From contig CM082589.2 in NCBI GenBank assembly GCA_040954595.2, positions 11,358,894 to 11,422,893 of the forward strand: DNA of 64,000 bases, read 5' to 3'. This document shows, piece after piece, positions 49,401 to 62,203 of this stretch; the first letter of the stretch is position 1; the number at the start of each line of letters is the position of its first letter. This DNA is from Balanoglossus misakiensis (taxonomy: Eukaryota; Animalia; Hemichordata). The position numbers were made by a program, and so were the translations under genes. The notes under the pieces are model-generated. The model ran no database searches. It saw nothing but the letters and a program-made list of their open reading frames with translations, and was not told the DNA's origin.

Positions 49401-52252
49401 GTAAAACGGCAAATTTTCCCAAACTTCGGCAAAAAAAAAGAAGAAAATAAAGTCGCATAAAATGTTTTTCAGAGATAACAGAGTAGTTAGTAAAATACTA
49501 GAATGCGGAAATTTAATTCTCGTGTCACAGTTGCCTCTTTTGATATATTGCAAAATATTTTCTGTCACGAAAATGTCCCGTTTTACAGTATGTGACAAGA
49601 CATAACAAGGGGTAGAGATGACAATTTGTCAAGATATTAATTAATTTGTAAAGTTTATGTATGAATGATAAAAAAATTCACTCACGCAGTACATAGAGTA
49701 AAAAGTTGCACTGTGCATTGTTGCCAGCTGTATCTGAAGCAACATAGCTGATCTGGTAGGTTCCCCAGGAAAAGGTGTCACCTGTAAGAACAAAATTATG
49801 CACATCATTACAGGCATGGGTGCTAAAGCCAAAATAGCTTCCGTTTCTTGAATGTTTTTCATGATTTTCTTTTCAAACTTAGAATGGTCCATTTAAGTGA
49901 GCTATCTGGTGGGTATACACAGGCATATTATCAACTCCTGATTGTGACTGTACATATAAACATGAACAAGATATGTATACTAAACAGATATGGTGCCGCA
50001 CACGTTTATTCAACTGCCCATTGTAAGAGAACACAACATTTGTGGTATGGGTATCCCCAGTAGTAGTGGAGAATATTAAGTACTTTACTGATTAAAGGCC
50101 TTGCTCAACAGTTGGTCAAATCTTTTGTTTCCAATAAACAATTACGTGCAAACACAAATGCTTTCGAGTTTTAACTTCATTGTACTGCCCTGGGATCGAG
50201 GAAAGGGCCTATAAACATATGGTAATAGTATCAGCAATTGAGGCTTTAATACTTGGAAGCAAGATCATCTGTCGCACATAGGATGTGCTAGCCATATATG
50301 AGTAACGGCCACAAGAATAAACTGTACCAGTATGCTTCATACTGACCATAATCTTAGGAAAGTTGTCTCAGCTTGTTGGTTTCTGTTTAGATCAACTCCC
50401 CACCCCACCCCGATAAAAAAAACTTAGTTAGTGTGAATGTTATATATTATCTATAATCAGAAATGATATTTTATAGGAAACTTACCCATTGTGTAGGTTT
50501 GTGTCACATTGGCAATGGCGACATAATCTGTAAATATAGGCTCCTGCCATACTCCTGTTGTCAAGCTATTAGGACTAATTATACGGGTCGTATTGGGACA
50601 GTAAATGACTTCAGGAGCGTGTTTATCTGAAGAAAAAAAAATGAAAGAATAACAAATGTTTGTAAATTAAACAACTGGTCCACACCCCCTATGCATACAC
50701 TGGTACATTTAGGTAAACGCACTACTAGATGTTAATATCTGTCACATATTCATGAGAAATCCAGATATTGTTAAGTGCTTGTTTTCTGATACATGTGAAT
50801 AGACTAGATCACTGTCAAGAAACACTACAAGATAGGACAGGAGTCATGAGATGGTATCCATAGGCATAATAACTGATATGATCAATTACACTCATGATAA
50901 GCCTAGTTCTTGGAACAGCAGAAACTGATGATGATGATGGTGATGATGATGACGATGATGATGATGATGGTGGTGGTGGTGGTGGTGATGATGATTATGA
51001 TGATGATGATGGTGATGGTGGTTGTGAATAGTATCATTACATTCAGTGTTAAATACATGTACGGTAGAAACAAAAAGAGTGAGCGATACAGGCATGGGCA
51101 GATGATGATTCCCTATACTTCCTAAAGTAGGGAGATTGCAGGCTGTGTGATTGGAGTACAACACACAGCAGCTAGGGGCTGGTGAATGTACACAGGAAAA
51201 ACTACTCAAAATTTCACACAGTTTTCCCTGGACAGACACAACATTACAAGGAGAGCTGTGTTAAAGTAAGGATTTAGGATTAATCAACTCTGTGAATATG
51301 ACCCAATTTCTCCTCGTCAGATTATGCATAAAATTGTTTGATAGTAATGAATAAGGCTATTTACCAACAGGTGTGCATGGTGAACCAGAGTAACCAATTG
51401 GGCACCTGGTACTTCCACAAGCTGATGGCTGGATTTTGACCACACTACCCAATAACTCTTGATCCATTTCAACCCACATGACATGATTGCCAAGTGGACT
51501 TTGTGAACAGTTCAAAGCCAGACTCTGGATTTCAACAGGAGTCAATACATAATCGTATACATTCATCTGTGTAACATCACCATGGAAGCTAAAATAGTTG
51601 TCAAGGAGTCCATTTTCGTCATAGCTTTGACCAAGAATTACCATACAGCTGTTGAAAAACAAGAGAATAATGAATTCATTAAAAGTGCTGGTAAGAAGTT
51701 GTCAAAAATAAACTGTGAAAATCAGTATCGTTCCGCATAAGTTTGAATTTGAAAGTGCCACGAAGATAGCTTTGCTGATGTCCATAGTTTGCTCCCTTGA
51801 TTTTTTTGGCCAGTTTTGTTGTAAGTCGCAACATGTTATGATGATATTGTATTGTCATGTAGGAGTAAGACAAGCTACCTAGCAGATAAGTTATAAACAA
51901 GATAACTGCTTCACAAATAAATGGTTCACTTCTCTTGAGGCTTGGGAAAACTTGACAGTATAGGAAAATATAGAATTTTAACATGTGATGATGACAATTT
52001 TCTATGGCTTTGTAGGAGTTAAAAATGTTCGGAGTTCCACTAGCAACTTACTTTTCTGAGTCATCGATACCTGTCCAGGATGGAAGGGGTGATGTTACTG
52101 CAACACCATTCAAGTAAACTGCCACAATGCCTTCTTCAATTACCATGACAACATTATGCCACGAGTTGTCATCTACTGATACGGTTACACCATTTGTACT
52201 GACAGATAGACTTCTGTCCAGGACAAGAAGGGTACTATCAACTTGGGTTAAG
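43144..52252 (-). CDS. 3' half (15 exons) of a large single-pass receptor-like protein with pentraxin/LamG, EGF, HYR, sushi, ephrin-receptor-like Cys repeats, EGF-Ca, TM and NPxY tail (SVEP1/uninflatable-like domain set)
   Basis: Phase-compatible exons: 52052-52252, 51365-51648, 50486-50626, 49686-49781, 48486-48686, 47830-48082, 47113-47261, 46357-46518, 45950-46111, 45538-45705, 45239-45400, 44547-44669, 44125-44253, 43761-43857, 43144-43408. All boundaries GT-AG except one acceptor. 5' exons are not in this window. Confidence 0.9.
43761..43857 (-). CDS. Transmembrane exon (DSSVDTAVIIGGVAGGLAAVLVLGVIMLLMYQR)
   Basis: cag/gtaag boundaries and a hydrophobic helix; missed by the ORF track. 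Confidence 0.88.
44125..44253 (-). CDS. EGF-like exon
   Basis: DKCEGFCSNNAVCIKDSDGNPVCECTDEYQGETC; phase 1-1. Confidence 0.9.
44547..44669 (-). CDS. Calcium-binding EGF exon
   Basis: DAHECRLGLDDCHPNATCRNLVPGYECTCKTGFTGDGITCT; phase 1-1. Confidence 0.9.
44750..44932. mobile_element. Kolobok-type MITE (183 bp), intronic
   Basis: TTAA|AGGTATACGGTCACCT...AGGTGACTGTATACCT|TTAA. Confidence 0.85.
45239..46518 (-). CDS. Four ephrin-receptor-like (GCC2/GCC3) Cys-rich repeat exons (45239-45400, 45538-45705, 45950-46111, 46357-46518)
   Basis: CxxCPxGxY...CxxCPxG pattern; each exon 162-168 nt, phase 1-1. Confidence 0.9.
47331..47538. mobile_element. Tc1/mariner-pogo-type MITE, intronic
   Basis: TA|CTGTAAA...TTTGCAG|TA with internal ttttcgcg subterminal motifs. 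Confidence 0.6.
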
Positions 52253-55200
52253 CTGCCAAGAAATTCAAAACAGAGATTAGACATAAATCGGTGCATCAGC
52301 TAGTACTTTTGGGAAATTATCACACTTTTTTCAAACTGCACCACCTTTAGCCCATACAGAAGTATGCACTGAACTATGTACAAGTATTATGAACCCTAAG
52401 TATGAGTGCATATGCAAGTTTAAACCAGACAAATAATAAATCTTCGCCGCAAAGGAATATGGTCGCCACCGTGAGAAAATGCAAAATACAATTAAAGTTG
52501 CAAGCAGCGTTGGCGGGGCACAAGCGGTTCCCATGGTAACAAGCAAATGCCAAGGCTGTATCTGCTGTGGATACCAAGATAGTGGAAAGTAGGTCAAAGG
52601 TCACCTGAGGTCACCCCAAATTTGGGCAAAAAAATCGGACCCCATACTAGTCTAGGTCCAACAAAAACCAAACACCTAGCTCTATTGGTTCGCCTAGAAT
52701 TAGGTATGCGCATAATTAATGAGGTCTTGTGTAAGACTCCATATCTGCTCCATCGGCCCTCCAAAAGCCAGGACTCTAACTGCTGTGGATGCTGAGATAT
52801 GGGAAATTAGATCAAAGGTCATCCAAGGTCACCCAAAATTTGGGCATAAAATGTTGACCCCAGAGTGGGCCATGTCCAACTAAAACCAGACCTCTAGCCC
52901 TATTGGTTAGCCTGGAATTAGATATGCAGAAAAATGATGTTTCAGAAATAGGTCAAGGGTCATTGCCAAAATTACCAAAATAGTTGTGTCATGTCCTGGC
53001 AGCATTGGTACCCATGTCCACAAAATTCATGACTGTGGTGCTTTTACAAGAGGAGGTATGGGGATATGCATATATAATTAGTTGTTTTAAAACTGGGTCA
53101 AAGGTCATGTCAAAATTGCCCCGAAAAATTGTAACAACTTCCGGTCATATGATGACTCATATCCAAAAAAAGAATTTACGTGCTGTCAACATTTTGGCTA
53201 CAAAACAGAATTTTCATTTTTCAATGGTTTTCCGAAAATCCAACATGGCCGCCATAATGATCGACCAATCACAGTGCGCTTCGCAAACTTGATAAACATA
53301 GGTTAGGTGACCACATACCCCGAATCCTGTGACTCGGCAATCGCTGGTTCTGGAGAAGAAGATTTTTAAAGTTTTAAGTAGTTTTTCAGAAAATCAATTG
53401 TAGCAAAAAAACTTTATGTGTGACGTCATGATTTCAATGGGGTAAAATGATGGACAGAAGGTAGGCTACCTGTACACCAAATTTGAACTCGATCGGCCCA
53501 GTAGTTTTTGAGAAGGACTCGTTTAACGATTGTCAGGAAATGCAATATGGCCGCCAGGTCACGTGACTAATTAAATATTCACGAGCCACTGCACGTCTAC
53601 TCATTGGCCCCTATCACCCTACCAAGTTTCAGCCCCCAAGGTGCAGCGGTTTTCCAGATCTACCTGGCCGAATTTCTCGGAAGAAGAAGAAGAAGAAGAA
53701 GAATTAAAGCTGCGAGCAGCATTGTTGGGCCCAAGCGCTGATCTTGAATTATATATGCACAGTATGAATGAGAAGAAACAGAATTTTCTATCGGATGTAT
53801 TATCTCATGACATAACAATGATGTGTGTATTTTTGCTGCTGAAATAGGGTGAAGTAGGTCAAAGGTCACCTGAGGTCACCCAACATTTGGGCAATTTTTT
53901 TTTACCCATACTGGTCCATGTCCAACAAAAACCAAAACTCTAGCTCTATTGGTTCGCCTGTAATTAGGTATGTGCATAATTAATGAGGTCAGCAGAGGTC
54001 AAAGGGGTCATGAAAAGTAGCAAAATATTTTGATCACACACTAATCCACATTCATCAAAAACCAAACCTCTAGCCCTATAGGTTAGCCTGGAATTAGATA
54101 TGCAGAAATAATAACGCGTGATAATTAGGTCAAAGGTCATGTGAAAAATCGCCAAAAAATTGTTATATATTTTAGTCACATGAGAATTGATATCCATAAA
54201 AAGAATTTGTATGCTATCAATTTTTGGACTAGAAAAAGGAATTTCAATTTTTCTCTGTTTTTTACAAAATCCAATATGGCCACCATAATCTTCGACCAAT
54301 CACAATGCTCTTTGCAAACTTGATAGACATCAGTGTAGTGACCATACTCCCCGAATCTTGCGACTCAGTCATCGCTCGTTCTGGAGAAGAAGATTTTTGG
54401 AGTTTAACTATGGTTTTACAAAAAAACAATAAACCCGCTGTACCTCCGCATGTCTCCACAAGAGCTAGGAGCTCAAAATCGGTCGGACGCAGACCAGCGG
54501 TCTGTCAGGTGTAGTAACCGTAACACCAATAAAGGTAGGTTTTCATTGATTCTAATAGGTCTCCGTTCATCAACATTTCAAATATTCTCCATAATCCAGT
54601 AGTTGCCACTGTACTTGAATGAAATATTTCCTTTCAAACTTCCAAATGGTAACCGAATCTCAAATCGCAAATCTTTCCATTTTAATAACGAAGTCGGATG
54701 CCGAAATTACCAACTCACTTTTTCTATCAGACTCCATCATTCTAATACTTTACTTCAATGTTCAAAAATTGTGTAAAACAATATCCACTCTCAATCTATA
54801 TTTCAGGTTTAACGGCGTAATGGCATCCCCGGCCTTTGCTCTATCATAGAGGCAAATGGTATTATCTCTTCCAGTGGAAAAGTTGCGGAGCTGTACGTAT
54901 TCTCCCTTCTATAATCTGTTCAGCCACTTCGGATTTTCTTTCCAGAATTTAAGTTCCAGAACGTTGCCATCGTGCTGCATACAAGGCACGCTAAACAGTT
55001 TCCCGTTGGCGGAATTCCGGATCTCGACATCCTCCATGACGCGCAATTTCACAGCCATGCCTTGGCTGGTTGCAGATGATGGAGCTAAGGTACGTAACAA
55101 TCGCACCCCGAAACGCCTGGGCCCTTTTTTGTGTGTAGTCATTGTGGGTATGTTAACCTCCCATGTCCTTCATTTTTAGAAATTTAGTATACAAAACTGG

Positions 55201-57517
55201 ATGACCGATTATGTTTTAGAGACCTTTCCCGAATCCACCTGAAGCCCAGTCGGAATGTCTTGGGATGTAACCTAAATTCAATATGGCCGCCTCCATGCGT
55301 TCACTTGCATTTGAAAATACGTTGATTTTATCGTCGATTAGCGGTGTTTATTCTCAGTATCAATTTAAACGCGGCACTCGCTCACAAGTCATATTCTAGA
55401 AAGAAAGAAAAAATGATAGTTTCGAGTACAGATTACATGTATTTTAAAACGAGGTTTGGTAACAATGGTATCACTACTAAATGACTTACAATCGATGTTT
55501 TTAATTGTCTTTGCACCACAGTATGAATCCGGTGATGGTAAATCGCATTCAACTTAGAAGGCATGGAGAAAGCGCAACTGATGGTAACTGGGATGCCAAA
55601 CTGAAACTTTTGGGAGAGAAAACCTTGCCATGTACGGACGTGGGTGTCACAGTTAAACTTGGGTTAAATACTACAGCGACAACCGAAGTCCCATTGAGAT
55701 ATGATATGTGGTAGTGCATGTCCACATGAGTGCCGTGTACTAGCCTCTCTCTCTGTAAATCCATCCAGGCTACTGCTTTCTGTACATTGGAGAGAAATGA
55801 GAACAAGATGGTTAAATCATATTTTGTATAAGATGGTGTTGACGAAAATAAGATGCATGTGAATTGTAGGACTGAAATGTTTCTGTAATGAATACTAAAT
55901 TAAAAGTTCACAACTTGCATGCAGATAGTAAGTGCTGGGGAAGTTGCAGGGTGGAGATTGCTTTGGTTTAGTTAACTTACTCAATCTTTGTGACTGTTGC
56001 ATTTCTTGATTGATAGAGTAGTGTACATGCATTGGCAGGTTTTCTAATATGGCCTCCTCTGTACCCAAGGTCTGGCATAAGGTGGGACACTGTAAGTATT
56101 TGCCGTCTGACACAGAAGATGCCACTTCTAGAAAAAAATAAGAAGGACAGAATGTGATTGGTAAGACACAGAGACGTGAACATGTACACAAAATGATAGG
56201 AAATTGGTGGAAGCAAGTACTGCAGTTAATACTTACTCATCTATGTCTATTCCCTCAAATATCCCTTCTACCATATCATCACAATTTGGTTCTTTTAACA
56301 CCTTAGGGAAAAATTGAGAGTTACATTAGAAGCACCGACAATAGGAGGGGGGGGGGGTAAGGTTTGCAGAGAACAAGTTTTTTTTATGAACATTTGTGAA
56401 AATCAGAAATTAGTGACATGTAGGATTTCAATTTTATGATGTAACATTGTTTTCTTTTCAACATCAGTTCTCTGAGTAAAAAGATGGCCATGTAAATTTT
56501 CTCTAAGTTTGTTAGAGAAATAAAGTACATGTACAACTTTAATGTTTCACTAATTGAGTTTCAGTGTTCTTGTATTGTCTCCTTTGCCCCATGTCAACCT
56601 CAAAGTAAATATCAAATTTGCCATTTTTGACTTATTTGTCCTTGTAGTGGGCCACATAGCATTTTAGTGCAACTTATGAAAATCTGAAGAACCAAATGCC
56701 TAATTTACCCACTCTGCACAGATTTATGTCAATGGTACTGACTTGATGATCGGTATAGCGCCCTCTGTGGTAGGGGGTGGGGGGTTAACCTAGCCTTTAT
56801 ATGTTTATCCCTGTCCGGTTCCATTCCAATTGTATCTATGGTAACCTTATTATCAGCAGTAAATGCCACAATTGTAAAACAGCAATAATTTTAGTATCAA
56901 GCACTCTGTGGAATTAAATATACCCTGTGTATTCTTTGATTCCCATTAGTAATCATGCAACTTTGCCATTTTGGGCCTTCTGATTTGCTGTATGTGCTCA
57001 CTAGTCCTTCCCAACGTCTCTGAATTAGAAGGCCATTGTCATTTGTATAGTGTAGACACATTTCATTTTAGTACAACTGATGAAAGTCTCGTGAAAAACC
57101 AAATGCTTAATTTACCCACTGTGCAAAGATTATCTGAATGATATTGTGTTGATCGTCATATAGTATAGCGCCCTCTGCGATAGTATTTGGATGATTGTGC
57201 CAGGGAGAAGGGGGTACTGAGGGAGCAGATGCAGATGACAGCAAGGCATATCCACTGAACAATGAGACGGTACGTGTTGTCAGCATTCAGGGAGAGTAAA
57301 AAGGGGAGCGCAAGAGACCAGGATGAAGAGACGAGCAGTATTGCATCATCTGTGGAAATAAATGCCAAGAGAAGGTAAGTGTGGAAGACAAGCACTTAGG
57401 GGTTATAAACAAATGTTTTTTTGTGGACAGTTATAGTATCAAGCATTGTGGAATTAAATATACACAGTGTGTGTTGTGTGTTAGATAGGTACATACATAC
57501 ATACATACATACATACA

Positions 57518-57551
<34 letters not shown>

Positions 57552-57750
57552 CATACATACATACATACATACATACATACATACATACATGCATGCATAC
57601 ATAGATACATAGATACATGCATACATGCATACATGCATACATGCATACATGCATGCATGCATGCATACATACATACATACATACATACATACATACATAC
57701 ATACATACATACATACATACATACATACATACATACATACATACATACAT
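47644..57750. repeat. Segmental duplication, copy 2 (lacks the Crypton)
   Basis: Matches 1-12650 apart from SNPs and small indels. Confidence 0.97.
51365..52252 (-). CDS. Pentraxin/LamG-like exons (52052-52252 and 51365-51648) ending in an EGF half-motif
   Basis: 'DNSWHNVVMV..VYLNG', 'ILGQSYD..FHGDVTQMNVYDYVLTPVEIQSLA', 'CPIGYSGSPC'. Confidence 0.88.
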
Positions 57751-57785
57751 GGAAAACACACAGCAAATGGACTCCTTTTTTATCA

Positions 57786-57856
57786 TCCTCACCAGGAATC
57801 GAACCAGGATCCCTTATCACAAAGTGACAAGTGCGTTAACCATTACACCATGAGGA
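57786..57856 (-). other. tRNA-like (SINE-head or pseudo-tRNA) sequence; diverged inverted copy at 58875-58945
   Basis: Box A TGGTGTAATGG, box B GGTTCGATTCC, TCCTCA/TGAGGA acceptor-like stem; abnormal anticodon arm. Confidence 0.65.
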
Positions 57857-59214
57857 TTGTTTTATCTCCACTAACTGCCAACACACTGTCCAATTGCACA
57901 TTCACTCACTGACATATTCAACACACCAGTTTTTTTATTTCAATAAAAATTCACAAATGCATGTGAGAAATAACAGAGAGTCAGAAATTGGCATCCACAG
58001 GAGTTACTGCATTGCTATATGGTATTATAGAGCAGCCAATGCAGTCTAACACTTTTATTAGCTTATTAAAGGCAGAAAGTCTCTTTGCTGCCCTTTTTTA
58101 ATAATTATGTGTGATACAAGAGACTGTTGATGTGGATATATAGTGAATCAACGTTCGACCACACACAGCTTCCATCCCGTTTGTAGGATATGACAGTAAA
58201 AACTCGCCGAAAATGAATAAATGGTTTAAATACACAATTATACTTAATGATTTAATTTAAAAGTTTTGTTTATTTTCTTGACAGTTTTGGCTACCAAAGA
58301 GTTCTCAAGGTGAGTGTTGGTGTACATCAGTGCAAAGTATCATGTACAAACTAAGAGATCAACACACTCAATTGTGTATTGTGTCGTGTACGAATTAGTT
58401 TCGTAAATCATTTGTAGATAACGTGTTTAGTTTTGTGGTAAGTGACACTGAGGTTTCAGATCGGATAGGATGATTGTCCAGTGCCATGCATTGTGTGTTA
58501 ACATTTGAAAGCACTAGCCTAATTTGTTTGAAATTTGGTATTCAGGGATGATGTAAGAAAAAATAATTTTAACAGTTCATAGAATCAGTGTTTATTAATA
58601 CTTCAAAAAGGTATGTGACTTGAATGTGTGCAGTACATCATTGTGCTATGTGGTGTTAACACCATTGAATAGTGCCATTACTTACAGCAATCTTACAGCA
58701 ATGGCTTCAGTAAAAATTTGAGTATGATTTGTGTGATTCCTGATACCCCTGTCTTGTCATTTGTGATGTTTTACTGTGTACTTTTTGAAATAAAGAAACT
58801 GGTGTGTTAGTTGAATATGTCAGTGAGTGAATGTGCAATTGGACAGTGTGTTGGCAGTTAGTGGAGATAAAAAATCCTCATGGTGTAATGGTTAACACAC
58901 TTGTCACTTTGTGATAAGAGATCCAGGTTCGATAACTGGTGGGGATGATGAAAAAAAGAGTCCATTAGCTGTGTGTTTGAGTATGAGTGTAATATATGTA
59001 TGTACGTATTTATGCATGTATGTAGCCAGCAAACACACAAAACATATTGTGTATATTCAATTCCATACAGTGTTTGATAATAAATATGTTGCTGTTTTAC
59101 AATTTGGCATTCACTGCTGATAATTAGGTTTCCATAGATACAAGCGGAATGCAATAGAAGAGGGATAACCATATACATGTATAGAAAAGGTAGGTTACCC
59201 CTTCCCCTATCATC

Positions 59215-62203
59215 CAAATACTACCACAGAGGGTGCTATACTATATGACCATCAACTGAGTATCATTCAAATACTCTGTGCACAGTGGGTAAATACACAT
59301 TTGTTTTTTTAGGAGACTTTCATCAGTTGCAGTAAAATACAACGTGACTACACTATATACACCAATGAGAATGGCCATGTAATTCAGAGAGTGCTTGATA
59401 TTAAAACTGTATCATAGTTGTGGCCTTTACTGCTGATAATTAGGTTACCATAGATACAAGCCCAATGCAACAGGACAGGGATAAACATATGCAAAGACAA
59501 GATTAAACCCCACCTCCATAATCAAAATACTACCGCAGAGGGCGCTATACTATATGACCATCAACTGAGTATCATTCAAATACTCTGTGCACAGTGGGTA
59601 AAGACACATTTGTTTTTTTAGGAGACTTTAATCAGTTGCAGTAAAATACAACATGACTACACTATATACACCAATGAGAATGGCCGTGTAATTCAGAGAG
59701 TGCTTGATATTAAAACTGTTTCATAGTTGTGGCCTTTACTGCTGATAATAGGTTACCATAGATACAAGCCCAATGCAACAGGACAGGGATAAACATATGC
59801 AAAGGCAAGATTAAACCCCACCTCTGTAATCAAAATAATAATAATAATAATAATTTATTTGTATAGTGTCAGTATCCACAAAAATGTGATCAATGACGCT
59901 TAAAGCAAAAGTACAATACAACAAATGGCTAAAAAACAGATTTAAAAAGTAAAGTTTTAACATTTGATTTAAAAACAGATAAGTCTGGTGCCTGGCGAAT
60001 GGTAAGTGGAAGATTATTCCAAAGAATTGGAGCAGCAACAGTAAAAGCACGATCACCATAACTCTTGGTGCGTGATCGAACAAGGCAGAGTTTGAACTGA
60101 TCAGCTGACCTTAAATTGCGACACGGAACATATAGATTAGTCATGCTAGAAAGATAGATTGGACCAAGTTTATGAATGGATTTAAAAATGAGAACTAACA
60201 TCTTAAAAACAATACGCTGTGTAACAGGTAGCCAGTGCAACTGATACAAAATTGGAGTGATGTGACAGGTGATTTTTGAATGAGTAACAATTCTAGCAGC
60301 AATATTCTGAACGCGTTGGATACGGTTGATTGAATACTTCGGGAGCCCAAATAAAAGTGAATTACATGAATCAATTCGAGAAGTAATGAATGCATGAACT
60401 AATTGCTCTGTAGCAGAATAAGATAAATATTTGCGGATAAGCGCAATGCGACGTAAATGAAAAGTGGCAGAGCGGCAGATCTGTCCAATATGTGGCTTCA
60501 TTGTCAGACAAGAGTCAAGGATCACACCAAGGCTCTTAGCCTGACAATGGACAGGAATCAGAGAATCGCCAACACGAATTTCTGAAATCCCTCTAGCAGA
60601 CAGATCACCTGAAATACCAAAGAAAATAACAAATTCAGTCTTATCATCGTATAAGCACAAGAAGTTTTCAGACATCCAAAACCTAACATCGGATATACAA
60701 AGTTCAAGATTTGAAACAGTTCTTGCTGCGTTGTCTTTACTAAAAGACATATAAAGTGAAGAGTCATCTGCATAAAAACTATAAAGACAACCATGACTTT
60801 GAACTAATTCACCAAATGGAGATGGGTACATATTGAAAAGTATATGACCAAGAACTGATCCCTGTGGTACCCCAGTGTCGAGCCGATAGAAAGGTGATTG
60901 GGTGGAATTTACAAGTACACACTGACTACGATTGGAAAGGTATGACTTAAACCACATGAGAACAGTATCTGAGAGACCAAAATACTACCACAGAGGGTGC
61001 TATACTATATGACCATCAACTGAGTATCATTCAAATACTCTGTGCACAGTGGGTAAACACACATTTGGTTTTTTAGGAGACTTTCATCAGTTGTAGTAAA
61101 ATACAACGTGACTACACTATATACACCAATGAGAATGGCCATGTAATTCAGAGAGTGCTTGATATTAAAACTGTATCATAGTTGTGGCCTTTACTGCTGA
61201 TAATTAGGTTACCATAGATACAAACCCAATGCAACATGACAGGGATAAACATATGCAAAGACAAGATTAAACCCCACCTCCATAATCAAAATACTACCAC
61301 AGAGGGCGCTATACTATATGACCATCAACTGAGTATCATTCAAATACTCTGTGCACAGTGGGTAAAGACTTATTTGTTTTTTTAGGAGACTTTCATCAGT
61401 TGCAGTAAAATACAACGTGACTACACTATATACACCAATGAGAATGGCCATGTAATTCAGAGAGTGCTTGATATTAAAACTGTTTCATAGTTGTGGCCTT
61501 TACTGCTGATAATTAGGTTACCATAGATACAAGCCCAATGCAACATGACAGGGATAAACATATGCAAAGACAAGATTAAACCCCACCTCCATAATCAAAA
61601 TACTACCACAGAGGGCGCTATACTATATGACCATCAACTGAGTATCATTCAAATACTCTGTGCACAGTGGGTAAAGACACATTTGGTTTTTTAGGAGACT
61701 TTCATCAGTTGTAGTAAAATACAACGTGACTACACTATATACACCAATGAGAATGGCCATGTAATTCAGAGAGTGCTTGATATTAAAACTGTTTCATAGT
61801 TGTGGCCTTTACTGCTGATAATTAGGTTACCATAGATACAAGCCCAATGCAACATGACAGGGATAAACATATGCAAAGACAAGATTTAACCCCACCTCCA
61901 TAATCAAAATACTACCACAGAGGGCGCTATACTATATGACCATCAACTGAGTATCATTCAAATACTCTGTGCACAGTGGGTAAAGACACATTTGGTTTTT
62001 AGGAGACTTTCACCAGTTGCAGTAAAATACAACCTGACTACACTATATGCACCAATGAGAATGGCCGTGTAATTCAGAGTGCTTGTTATTAAAACTGTTT
62101 CAAAGCTGTGGCCTTTACTGCTGATAATTAGGTTACCATAGATACAAGTGGAATGGAACCGGACAGGGATAAACATACAAAGGCTAGGTTAACCCCCCCC
62201 CCC
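59215..62203. repeat. 309-bp tandem array (6 units) interrupted by an L2 element
   Basis: caaaatactacc(a/g)cagaggg recurs at ~59215, ~59524, 60978, 61287, 61596 and 61905. Confidence 0.93.
59838..60977 (-). mobile_element. 5'-truncated L2/CR1-clade LINE (RT C-terminal ORF 59929-60957)
   Basis: 'GVPQGSVLG', 'YADD', 'HITPILYQLHWLPV', 'GDRAFTVAAPILWNNLP'; AATAAA plus (TTA)n tail; caaaata repeated at 59831-59837 and 60978-60984. Confidence 0.95.

Noticed and set aside
57786-57856. Functional tRNA gene
   Set aside because: The anticodon arm is non-canonical and the sequence lies within a repeated element.
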